Shown piece by piece: positions 25,839 to 38,436 of a stretch of 39,641 bases of DNA. The stretch lies in assembly GCA_010405405.1 (NCBI GenBank), contig MU004231.1, forward strand, positions 3,597,486 to 3,637,126. The letters run 5' to 3'. The notes beneath the pieces were generated by a model, which did no database searches, was not told the origin of the DNA, and was given only the letters and a program-made list of their open reading frames with translations. Numbering within the stretch: the first letter of the stretch is position 1; each line of letters starts with the position of its first letter. This DNA comes from Microthyrium microscopicum. Its lineage: Eukaryota. Position numbers and translations under genes: made by a program.

Positions 25839-27380
25839 TCTATTTATTTTTTAGCTATTAGTATTTTATATACTTAGTAATTACTTTAGTTTAGCTCTAT
25901 AGGCATTAAATCCTTTTCTTTAAGTTAGAGATATAAATTAGTATTCTTAATTCTATAGCTTAAGGTTTTTATATACCTAATTATTCTTTTAATAAAGCCT
26001 TTAAGTATAATTCCCTTTTATAAATTAATTATAATATTAGATAAGTTATTCTCTTAGTACCTTTATTTTAGAAGGTTTTAGTATTTTATATATAGACCTC
26101 TAAAATTAGCTCTTCTTTAGTATAAACCTTACTTTTAGTTAGTAATAGCCTATAGGTATAATATTTTATAATAACTAATTTTAAAAGTATAGTATAATAC
26201 TACTTAGAGGTACTAAATAAATATTTTAGCTAACTTAACTTACTAGCTTTAATATATTCTTACTAAATACTCTTTACTTCTAATTTACTACTAATTTATT
26301 ATATTTAATAAATTTTTCTCTTTTAGTATTATTAACTTTATTAACGAATCTATACTAAACCTTATAAACAACATAGTAAAGATAATTTATAGAGTAAACT
26401 CTAAATATAATTAGGAAGATTATAAGTAGGCTAAGTAAATAGTTAGAGCTAAGAATAATATAATTAAGGTAAACCTTTATATGAAATTAGGCTATTATAC
26501 TAACAAAATAGTCTTTAATATTATCTCTATTATAAAAAAGGATATTCTTAATTAATTTAGCGCGATTAGATAGTCTACTAATATTATTAGTTATAATCTT
26601 AAATATATTAAAGTTATTAAACATAATTTATAATTCTTCTAAGCTATTATCTTATTAGTATTTAATATCCTCTCTTATAAAGCTCTAGACTAGATTATAC
26701 TTTTATATACATAATATCTTATTAGTAATAAATAAGCTTATTAAGAACGACATAAGTAGTAAAAGTAGCTCTATAATTTATATAATTATTTTACTTTAAA
26801 GCTAGATATAATCCTAATTATTTTATAAATAATCTAAGCGTTTATAATATTTAATAATAAAGACACGTATAGTAATTCTACTTTTAGAGGATATTAGCTA
26901 TACTATTCCTAGCTTCCTAACTAGCCTTATAGAACTATAAATAAACTATAAGGAAATTATACTTACTATCTAAACCTTATTAATAATATATTACTAAATA
27001 TGCTATAACTATAGAGTAATAGTCTAAGTTTAGCTACGTCTTATTCTTTATTTAATTAATATAGATATTAAGGCTATATAATACTACTACTAAGCTTTTA
27101 GAATAGTAATATCTATTATTAACTATAGTAGTAGCCTAGCTATTATAAAATATAACTTTTATTATCTATATAGTATAACTTAACTTAGTACAACTTTATA
27201 ATATTTAGATTTAGAGATATAATTTTGCCTTAGCTAGGTCTTAATAGCTATAGCCTATATTAAACTCTATAGTAATTTAATATTAATAAGAATATAGCGC
27301 TAAGCTATACTAATAAAGGTAATAATAACTTCTTTTAAGGTATCTTAAAAGGTTATTATAGTAATACGCTATAGTATAGC

Positions 27381-27550
27381 TAATCTTATATATATATCTC
27401 TAATAATAGCTATATACTATCTAGATTTACTTAGCTATCTTTTTTAGCTCTACTAAACTCTTCTTAATCTTATATATATATTTCTAGTAATAACTATATA
27501 CTACCTAGATTTATTTAGCTACCTTCTTTAATTTTACTAAACTCTTTTAT
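27381..27550 (+). repeat. 84-bp (28-codon) duplication in SNF2 N-terminal region
   Basis: taatcttatatatata at 27381 and 27465. Confidence 0.8.
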
Positions 27551-28699
27551 ATATATATAATTAAAAAAGAAAAAGCCTATTTTAAAAAAATACTATAAAA
27601 CCTAATAGTTCTTATTTACTTTTTAAGAAACTAACGCTTAGAATAGTAAAGACCTTAATATAATTATATTAGTATTTACTAAGGACTCCTTATAAAAATA
27701 GGTTATACTAGACCTAAAAGATATATATAAATTAAGCCTCTTTAACTTATTTAAGATAAATATAAATATTTATAAATATATAGTTAAGATTAGTATAGAG
27801 TACTTTAAAAATATAATAAGCTTAAAGTTAGACCTATTTAAAAGTCTAAATATAATTTATAGTATAAGTTAAGTATAAGATAATTAAACTATTTTAATAA
27901 GTTTAAATATATACAATTTTGTTAAAGTTACTTATAATAATCTCTATAAGCTAAGAAAGATTACTTTTAAAGTTACTTAGGTTAAATCTCTTTTAAAGAA
28001 AACTTATACTAGTAAATAAAAATATAAGGCCTTAGTTACTTTTACTCTAAGCTCTTCTCTTTTACTTTAAAATAAATATAATAAGAAATCTTATACTTAA
28101 CCTTATATAAATCCCTAGCTAACTACTTAACCTATCTCTACTACTAAATTATTAATGTATAAACGTAATATATATAAAGATCTTATTTTTAATTAATTTA
28201 ATAAAGATAGTAAGGTTACTAAAGATAATAAAGATAGTAAGGTTACTAAAGATAATAAAGATAGCTTAGATAAGAATTTTAAAAATAGCTTAGTTAAGAA
28301 TTCTAAAATAGAGTTAAATAGTAATCTAAATAATTCTAAAGAGAAAGACTTAGAATTTCTACTAGTATCGCCTAGTAGAATAAAGTAAAAGTATAATAAT
28401 AATAAAAATAATATAAAAGGAGTTAGTAGTAGCTATAATCTTTTAGTATTTATAAATAAAAAGAAATTTAAGAATAAATCTAGTTCTTATAATTATAAAA
28501 AATAATAGACTTTAGTATAAATAAGCCTATTTAGTAAGAAAAATAAAAGTAAATCTAAATATAAAGAGGTAAAGGTAAAATTAACTTTAATCTTAGAAGT
28601 AATTAATAAGAATAGTAGCTAAGAATATTATACTTCTCTAAGCTTACTAGTCTAAATATTATAGCCTTAGAATGTTATTACTAATATAGAGATAAGGAA

Positions 28700-29290
28700 C
28701 GTATAATAAGATTAAGTATTACTTCTAAATAGCGTTAAACTTATAAATACTATTATTATATCTTCTTAAGGACTTAAAGAGCGTATTATTAAGTTAGAAA
28801 TAGAGAGTATATAATAAAATTAAGCACTACTTCTAGATAGCATTAGATTTATAGATACTACTACTATATCTTCTTAAGGACTTAAAAAGCTTATTATTAA
28901 GCTAAAGATAAAGAGCGTATAATAAGATTAAGTACTACTTTTAGATAGTACTAGACCTATAGATACTACTATTATATCTTCTTAAAAACTTAAAGAGCGC
29001 GTTATTAAGCTAGAGATAGAAAGCATATAATAAGATTAAGTACTACTTTTAGATAGTACTAGACCTATAAATACTATTACTATATTTTCTTAAGAACTTA
29101 AAGAGTATATTATTAAGCTAGAGATAAGAAGTATATAATAAGATTAAGTACTACTTCTAGATAGTACTAGATCTATAGATACTACTACTATATTTTCTTA
29201 AGAACTTAAAGAGCGTATTATTAAGCTAGAGATAGAGAATATATAATAAGATTAAGTATTGCCTCTAAATAGTAATAGACTTATATAGTC
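28700..29290 (+). repeat. 108-bp (36-codon) tandem repeat, ~5.5 copies, in frame within the SNF2 ORF
   Basis: taagattaag-like motif at 28707, 28815, 28923, 29031, 29139, 29247. De-RIP reading ~QQDQAPLPDSTGPADTTTASSQGPEERVVEPETESV. Confidence 0.92.
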
Positions 29291-32200
29291 TTAAAGCCTT
29301 AAGCCTTTTACTAATAATATATAGATAGGAGATAGTAAAGTATAAGCGCTAATTTCTATAAATATTAATTATCTATTTAAAATATATTATTTATAGAGAC
29401 CTAATTCTACTACTCTAGATTATATTATATTACTCTTTACCTTATAAAAATTAAGTTATCTAATAATAGCTAAATTTCCTTTTAATTACTTAAGAAAATA
29501 CTATAGCTTTCTAAGTATACTAGCTTCTTTAACTATATTATTTTCTTAAAATAAGCTATTTTCTTTTAGCTATACTAAACCTTTAAGTTTCTCTAAGTAC
29601 GTTATTAATTTTATTAACGTTATAGATATTATTAATCTTACTATTAATAACTTAGAATTATTACTATTTATAGTAAATATTTTTATAAATATTAAAAACT
29701 TAACTAAGGAAGATATTACTATACTAGATAACTCTATAGCTATTAAAGTAATTAATTTAACTATAGAAAAGATTACTACGCTATCTAAACTTTAATTACT
29801 AGACTTACTATTTTTTTTATAGAATAAAGTAAATATATTATATAGTATAGAAGTAAAATACTTTTAAGAGTTATAACCTTATAAAAATAAGTAATAATAT
29901 AACTATAATAATAAGGATAGTAATATAAGAATTAATATATAGTAAGCTTATAAGAAATAGATTAAACTTTATTTATCTAATATATATAAACTAATACTTA
30001 ATATTATTAGCTTTTATATATTAAAGACTTTTAAAAATAAATATATCTAAGAATAAACTAGTTTCTTTATTAACTACTTTAACTATACTAAATATAGATC
30101 TATTATACTTAAGTCTTTTATAATAAGTAAAGCTTTATATACTAAAACTTTATAAGCTAAACTATTTTATAATATATATATAGAATATAGAGAGTCTAAA
30201 ATAGTTAAAGATAAGGATTTAAAAGCTTTCTTTATTATAAGCTTCTATATAGAACTATTATAGAGTAAAACTTATAAGTACTTAATACTTAAAGACTAGA
30301 GAGAGATATATATATTCTTTAACTATAAAGATAAGAATAATATATTAGATTTTATTATTTCTAGATTTAAAGTTAATATTTAAATTTATTAAGCTATTAG
30401 AGTAATAATTATATATAAGTATATTATCTTTATATAAAGCCTCTATATTATAAACGTTCTAAGCTTAGAGAAGACTATTTAGATATTAATTACTATTTAA
30501 ATAAATAGTTAATAGACTAAAAGTATAGTAATATATATAAAAAAGTAACACCTTATAGAAGAAAAGAAACCTAAGCTTTTTAAGAAATATTTATTAAACG
30601 TTTAGGTCCTTAGTTATTAAGGCCCTAAGAATAAAAAAAAAGGTCCTTATACGTAGTTAAGAAGTCTTAACTAATCTATAATATACTATTACTCTAAGAA
30701 ATTATTAGCATAGTTAAAATCTACTATAACTTATATTAACTCTAAAAACTATTAGTATAATACTCTTACTATTAGTATAAACTATATATAAATAATTATA
30801 TCTATAATCTTAGTTTAATTAGATAAATAGAAAAAGGTAATTAATACCTTAAAATATAAAAGTAAGCCTAACTAGGTATTTATCCTCTATGTTAACTATT
30901 TAAGTATAAAACCTAAATTTATATTCCTAAATAAAGTTTTCTATATACGTAGACTTTTTATTAATTTTAAAACTAATTTTAGAATACTTAAGTAGACTAG
31001 TATTATTATATTAATAATATTAGGTTTATATATATTCTAAGTCTTATAACTAATTATAAAACTCTTATGAGCATAGTTAAAAGAATAGAAAACTAGATAT
31101 TATAAAACTCTAGAATTTAAGAACTATTTTTATATTAATATAGAATTAGTAGTAAATAGAGGTAAATACTTACGTAATTAAAAATACTTTATAATTAGAG
31201 TCTTAGTCTTAGATAAGTTTTATAAATATTAAATATTAAATAACTTAACTTATTCTAATATTAATAAAGAAACCTATATACCTAGTTATATACTATTAGA
31301 GTACTATTATAGTATATAGTCTAGAGCTACTATATTAAGTTAATCTAGGATATATTATAATACTATAGTAAGCTAACTAAACCTAATTACTTACTTAGTA
31401 AATATATAATATATTTACTTCTCTAATACTAATAAAAACATTAGAGAGTTTCTTAAATAGGAATTAAAAAAAGATTAGGTAATCTTTACTAATAATTATA
31501 TATTATTTACTCCTCTATTACTTAATACTATTTCTAGTTAAATTACTATACTTATTATGAAAGATATAAGATTACATAAGTATTCTAATAAAAGAAAAGA
31601 GAAATAGCTTATAAGAGAATAAGCCTAAGTAAGCACTATTTTAGCTAGTATATATATCTTATTTAAACTCTACTATATAATAAATATAGAGCTTTTTAGT
31701 TAAAAGTATATTATACTACCTTTAAATAAAATAAGGCTTATTATTATTAATATAATAAACCTAGAAGTAATATAGCTTATAGATAAGCTTAATAAATATA
31801 TAGTAGCGTAAATAAATAAACTAAGAATAACTACTATTAATAACTTTAGTACTTAGTGTAAAAGTAAACTATATTAAGCTAAATAGATATAAGCTAGGCT
31901 AGCTAACTATATAGTTTACTAAACCTCTATTAAGATTATATATTATAGATTTATTATTAAGGTGCCCTATCTATTAATATTAAAATAGGTAAAGAAAATT
32001 AAAGAATAGGCTAAAGATAATCTCTATTATATATTAGTAGGAATTAATAGTAGCCTATTTCTAAAGCCTAACTCTAAGAAACTAGCTAAGCCTAAGAATA
32101 ATCTCTTTATTAAAGAAGCTTCTTAGTTTTTAAAGATAAGTGCTTAAATATAATACGTAGTAGAGGTTATTAAAAAGATCTATATTAATCTAGAAACGTA

Positions 32201-34208
32201 CTTTTTTAATAGAGAATAAAAAGAATAAGGCTTATAATAAGGTAAAGTCTTAATTATTATAAAGTATTTTACTTCTACTAGTATAATTATAGTAGCGTTT
32301 TAATATATAATTAAGAAATTTAATCTCTAAGTACTTTATTTTACTAAAACTAGTATATTAAGTAAAAAGTTATTTTTAATTAAAGTAGGCTATTTAAGAA
32401 CTAGCTCGTCCTTATGTAATAAAGCTAATATTTATTACTTCTTTTAAAATATTCTAAAGTCTATTATAAGTAGTTAAACGCTATTAAGAGTAGGTAAATA
32501 CTTCTTTAATAAGAATATCTAGGTTCTAGTTAGAACGTATAGTAGCTATAGTATTAGAAGTAATTAGTAGTAAGTAAAGTATCTAATTATAATATCTATT
32601 CTAATATTACTAAGCAATTAGACTTAGAGTATTAGAAAAGTTCTTTAAGTAAGTAATATAGTAAAGTATATCTTAATTAACGTATTATACTTAGATAATA
32701 ATTTAATTAATATACTATTATAGAATATTAATAAGCTTTAGTTAAATACTATAGATTTTATAAAGGCTTATTTTAAAGGTTAAGTAGTATAACTAATAAG
32801 ACTTAAAGATTTATAAATATATCTTAAATTAGGACTAACCTAGCCTAAGTTAACTAAACTAGTATCTTAATCTAAGGAAGCCTTAGCTTCTCTATTTATA
32901 AAAGAGATATAGAAATACTTAAAGAATATTAAAAATAATATATACTAGAATATTAAAGAGAGTTTAGTTACGATTAAGACGAAGCTTAGAAATAATAAAT
33001 TTAATAAATAACTTTATATATAATTAGTTTAGTTTATAGTAAGGGTTAAAGTACTACTATTAAATTATTAATAATATAGGATATTAGAAAATATACTTAA
33101 AGTTAATATTATTATTATTAATATACAAAATATATCTTTATAATAAATCTAAATATCTTAACTAGACTAATAGATATATCTAGTAGCTAAAAGAATCTAG
33201 AGAGAGATAGAAGAATAATAAAGATAAATAATAATGCTTTATAGTCTATAGAGTATTTATTTAACTAAATATCTTTTAGCGTATATTTATAAAATATAAC
33301 TTAGCTATATCTATTTATAAACGCTATTCTATTTATATCTCTTTTCTTTAGTAATATTAACTTATAAAGTAAATAATGTAGTACTATTAGTTTTTATAGC
33401 TCCTACTAGGATTTTAGGTAAAGAGCTTAGAAAGAATTATAGAGCTATATTATTTATATTATTAAGTAATTAATAATCTAAGCTAACATTCTAATAGGGT
33501 ATTCTATTAATCTTCCTTTTATTTATTTATAATATTAGAACTCTTTTAAAAATAAAAATTAGTAGTTTAATTCTTTAACTTTAGCTTTTCTATAAGTAAA
33601 TCTATTATTTTTACTAATAAAAGGTTAGTAAATTATACTATATTATAATATTAGCGTTATTAATATACTTAGATAAATTAAAGAAGATTTAGCTATATAA
33701 TTACCCTCTTTGCTAGGATTAATTCTATTATCTACTTTATTTATATTTAAAGGCTAAGAAAAAGGTAATAAAGAGGAGAGAGATAGAAAAAGATAGGGAT
33801 AAGGAACTAAAAGTTAAGAAGGCTTAAACTTAAGGTATTAAGTTCTATTTAATTAGATAGGAAAGGCTGTATCCTTTTGTAACTTTAATAATAAACTACT
33901 AGTCTAAGTAACTTTACTATCTAAATCTAGGACTTACTTATAATAACTATTACTAGTTTTAATTCTTAGCTTACTTATTTAACTCTATTTTTATGCTTAA
34001 TATCTTTATCTATCTTAGTATTACGTCTATTACTAATAATTATAAATATTATATTATTTCTTATATTAAGATAATTTATAAACTTAGTTAAGCTTTTATA
34101 AACCTAATAGGCTTATATAAATATATAAACCTTAAGAAACCTAATATAATATCTAGATTTAAATAGCGTTTAATTTTAATATATTAACTATAATTATACT
34201 TCTTTATA

Positions 34209-34720
34209 ATAGGCTTTATTTAGATATATACTTTAATATATATCTATTCTAGTTATAGTAACCTATTTCTTTTATATCTCTTATTAAGATTTACTTAGGT
34301 AAGTACTACTATGCTTTAATTAGACCTACTTAGAGTACTCTAGGCTAATTTTTAAGGAGTCTAAGAAAAAATAAAGTAATACTTAAGATATAAATAAAAT
34401 TAAGAGTAAGAACTATAATTCTTTAGAATAATTAAGTATAGACTAATTATTCTATAAATATAGAGTTATAGCTACGTAATTATCTACTTTATTAAAAGTA
34501 GATTTATTATATTTTATATCTTTACTTAAAGACTAAGAATGTAAAGAAATTAGAGAACGTAAAGAAGGTAAAGAAGTACGTAAAGAAGGCTATAAAGAAG
34601 GCTATAAAGAAGGCTTAGTTAAAGGAGAAGGCTAAGGTAGAAAAAGTTACTAACTTATTAGAGAAGACTATACTTAAAAATAAGGTTAAGGTAATAGCTA
34701 AAGAGGCTAAGAAGGCCTAA
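34209..34720 (+). pseudogene. Small 3-exon gene (~130 aa): putative CxxC..CxxC knuckle plus Lys/Ala-rich basic tail
   Basis: Introns 34299-34356 (gtaagt..gctaat..aag) and 34406-34463 (gtaaga..actaat..tag) splice in frame to ...KNVKKSENVKKVEKYAKKAAKKAAKKA... The Cys residues are inferred from tat<tgt. Confidence 0.6.
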
Positions 34721-35339
34721 AGTTTAAGATATAAAATACTCTTTATTAAGTAGAAACTAAAAGTTATTATATAGAACCTATAGTTACTATATTAAAGTTA
34801 ATTAATAATATTAGCTCTAAAAGCTTAAATAATTTTCTTTATCTATACTTTCTTACTTTAAAGGTTCTAGTCTCTATATTAGGGAGCTCTTTAATATAAT
34901 TTTAGACGTTCTAAATATACTTATTTATAAAAGATATATAGTAAATAATAGGATAAGTTATAAAAGAGATAGTAATTAGAAGTAGTAATTAAGAAAAATA
35001 AAATCTTAAGCTATAAGTATATTTAATAAGAGAGATTACTCTACTACTCTTAAAATCTAAAAATCTAATTAATTATTAAAAAAGTTACGTAAAGTTTTAG
35101 ACTTAAAATTACTATTAAGCTTTAAGGCTTTTTATCCTTTTTTTTGCTACTTATTTTTTCTTATTTATAATAACTATACCTTTATATTAAACGTATATTA
35201 GTTAGTATAAAGATTAAGATATTATCCTTAAGGAGAAAAGAGTAGAGTCTATTAAAATAAGATAAGTCTTAACTATAAAACTATTTACTATATTAAGATT
35301 ATTATTACTACTTTCTTTATTTATACCTTAGAGTAGTAA

Positions 35340-35470
35340 ATAAGAAGAAAGAGAAAAAAGAAAAGATTATAAGTAAAAAGAATAAAGAATAAAAAGAGAA
35401 GAGAGAAGAGAAAAAAAAATAAGTAGAATAGAAAGTAAAAGAAAAAGAGATATAGTAAATAGATATAAAA
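35340..35470. repeat. Purine-rich (A/G) low-complexity tract
   Basis: aagaagaaagagaaaaaagaaaag... over ~130 bp. Confidence 0.7.
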
Positions 35471-35579
35471 GATAACTAGACTATTATAATTAGCTATAAA
35501 ACTAAGCTAATATAATAATTTAGGGGTAATAAAAGTCTAAATTATTACTATTAATTATATTTAGGCTAGAAATTAAAAT

Positions 35580-36800
35580 AGAAAAGGTTAGTACTTTAAG
35601 TAGAAAACTAAATAGTAATTATTACTATTTAGTTCTATTAGTATACTTTATAAATTAATTAGCGTAACTTAGTCTACGTTATAAAATATTATTATTTATT
35701 AAAAATAGAAGAGCTTTTAATTCCTACTAAGGAGATATAATATTAACTAGAGTTATTAAATCTAAAATATTTAAGTATATTATATTTTCTCTTTATATTA
35801 TTCCTATTTATCTCTAGGTAAGTATACCTCTTATTTACCTTAGTAGAAATAACTTAAAAAATATTAAAGATTATATATACTTAGGTACTTATCTTTAGTA
35901 TTTTATAAATAAAGTACTTAATAGAATTATATTTATAGGAGGCTATAGGGTTTATAATAGATTATATAATATAGGATTTAGAACGTAATGTAGCGTCTTA
36001 GGTAATATATTAAGGCTTTTAACTATTATAGTAGAGAAAAGACATAATCTTATTATAAGTCTACTTTATATAAAATAGTTATTAGACTTCTATTTTATTT
36101 ATACTACCTCTTATTATTTAATTAATACTAATTATAGATAAACTAGCTATATTAAAGCCTATAATAATACTTATTTAAGATAAACTTATTATATAGTAGT
36201 AACTATATATAAATAGCTATAGATAGTTTTTAAGCTTTATAGCGTACTCTTAATTTACTTACCTTGCTTTTAAATAAGAATAAAATAATAATAATAATTA
36301 CTAACTCCTTTATTAATTCGTTAGAGTTACTAAACCTAAAGCTATTATTATAAATTTACTCTTAGAAGTAGAAGATTATAACTAGAGGCTTTATTACTAT
36401 AATATATCTTTTAGTATTAATATTCCTTAACTTAATAAAGATAAGGATAATAATTCTATAAGTAAAATTATATAGCTATTAACTATTTTAAATATAGAGA
36501 GCTAATAATAAATAAGCTAGAACGTCTAAACTACTACCTATATAACTCTCTTTATCTTAGTAAGTATAGTCTATTCTATAAATATATAATTCCTTAAATT
36601 ATAAAACTAGTAAGTAAGTTATTATTAGAAACCTTATATTAATAATAAAAACTTATAAAATATTAATATATAGGAGGCTAGTTACTAGAAAAGGTTAGGA
36701 ATAATCTGCTATTTAGACTTTTATTATAATAGGGTATAGAATACCTTAACTATATCTAAAATAAATATTACTCCTTAAAATTTATATACTAGACTTAGTT
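35580..36800 (-). pseudogene. ORF (~400 codons) with S/Q-rich N-terminus and tentative BAH-like C-terminal domain
   Basis: Continuous minus frame. De-RIP: ...PFVHGCYYAMS...SVISIDRMMRGGTNEMEVRQLFHTEWT...DATLRSESHIVQSVVDPAASC... Confidence 0.5.
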
Positions 36801-37039
36801 ACTATCTAAGTATAGTAAATATACTAAATAATAAGTTATAAAGTAAAATTATAATAACATAAAGGTTATAACTTTATAATATTAGAATAATTATAACTAT
36901 TAGCTAACTTATTATACTAAAGAACAAAATCTATAGTACTATATATTATAATATAAAAAATATAAAGATAATAATTTTAAGCTATAAATATATTTATAAA
37001 GTAACTTTTTTTAAAAGTATATAAGTCTTAAATAATAGT

Positions 37040-37095
37040 ATATCTAGAAAAGTCTAAAAAGTCTAGATAAGTCTAGAAATTTTTAGAAATATTTT
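37040..37095. promoter_or_regulatory. Cluster of TCTAGA-like motifs between two divergent ORFs
   Basis: tatctagaaaagtctaaaaagtctagataagtctagaaatttttagaaat: five copies at ~10-bp spacing. Confidence 0.4.
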
Positions 37096-37185
37096 ATATA
37101 ACTTTAAAGAATATTTACTTTATTATACTATTAATATTAAATATTACTACTTACTTTATATTTTATATATAAATATAACCTAACT

Positions 37186-38300
37186 ATAGCTACTAATCTA
37201 AATATAAGTCTATAAGTCTTCTTTTAGTAATATAAAGATATCTATAGGCTTAATATATAGGTTCTTAGAACTAATAAATTTAGTTATAAATAGTACGTAG
37301 TCCTAAGTAATAATATGTTTCTAACTATTTAAGTACTACTATAGTATATTTTCCTTATATTCTCTTTTCTACGTTATAATAAATTTATAACTTCTAATTC
37401 TTATAATATACTTATTATTAATCTTTAGTATATTCTTTCTATTCTAACTTTAATCTTATACTATCCTCCTTACCTAATAACTTCTCTATATTATAGTTAG
37501 ACTTTTAGAAGATAATATAGCTAAATAGTAAGATAGCTTAAAAAAGTATCTAAATATAACTAAGAAGGAGCTAATATAATAACTTAATATAAACTTAAAT
37601 AAATATACTTAATTAGCTATAGCTATAAAGAAGCGATTTTAAGACTTATATTATAGTCTTAATAACTATAATACGTATAAGAAAAAGTAAGAGATAATTA
37701 CTAATATTATATAATATCTAAGTATATAACTATTAGCTAAATAAGGCTATCTATATATTAGAAAATTACATTAGCTAAGTATAAAGTATAATAAAGCTAT
37801 ATATAAGGATAAATAATAAAAATTACTTTTTATATTAGTTTATTATTACTAACAAAATATACGTTAATAAAAATAAACGAAAGCCTAAACTTAGAATATA
37901 TATAAGTAAACTTCTATTCTAACTTTAACTATCTATTAATAATAGATAGGGTCTATTACTAATAAAACTTCATTAGTATCTTCTTAGAGCTTAAGACTAA
38001 GAGAATTAAAATAATTCTAGAATTATAATAATACGTAACCTAAGGTATAGCTATATATACTTCTAGACTTTAACTCCTTCTTAGTAGTTATAAATATATA
38101 AATATATATTTATAAAATAGTAAGTAACTATATTTATACTTTAAACTATAAAAAGTTTATAAATAGTAGCTATAATAGTTTTAAGAAAAATACTAATACT
38201 TTAAATTATAATATTATAATTAAGTTCCTTAAAGAGTTCTTTAAGTATAAGTAATATAAAGAGCTCTTACTTTTTTATAAATTTAATTAAATAAAGAGAA
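37186..38300 (+). pseudogene. RIP-degraded ORF, unknown product, possibly one intron near 37810-37860
   Basis: De-RIP MATDPNASPQVFFQQYEDIYGLDVQVLGTDEFGYEQYAVP... continues in frame for ~200 codons; ctaac branch-like site at ~37849. Confidence 0.5.
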
Positions 38301-38436
38301 CTTCTATTAATAATAAGGTCTTATTTTATAGAGCAATTAATAGTACTATATTAATTAAGTAATAGACTATTAAATTTAAAGTAATAAAATAAATTAAGAG
38401 ATAAAATACGATCTATTACTATATAATTCTTAGACT

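Larger units (their letters stand above)
26847..33235 (+). pseudogene. SNF2-family (SWI2/SNF2) helicase/ATPase, ~2100 codons, RIP-inactivated
   Basis: One frame carries a Q/P-rich N-terminus, an acidic tract (~28200), motif I LYIADVPGLGKTIQ (30441-30482), motif II VLVLDEFH (D at 31212), SGAT (~31320), motif IV GKVLII (~32240), and motifs V-VI VLVGTYGSCGIGSNWQQA..LIMMSIP...QSIGKVLRVG (32520-32655). Confidence 0.85.

Noticed and set aside
28700..29290. CRISPR-like array or TPR/ankyrin repeats
   Set aside because: The whole 108-bp unit repeats without spacers, is in frame within the SNF2 ORF, and reads as a disordered linker.
34895..34920. Another TCTAGA-like promoter cluster (ttttagacgttctaaat)
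   Set aside because: Only two copies and no ORF start identified nearby.
35700..36120. Plus-strand ORF with few stops
   Set aside because: This is the antisense shadow of the minus-strand ORF, which gives a more coherent and longer de-RIP protein.
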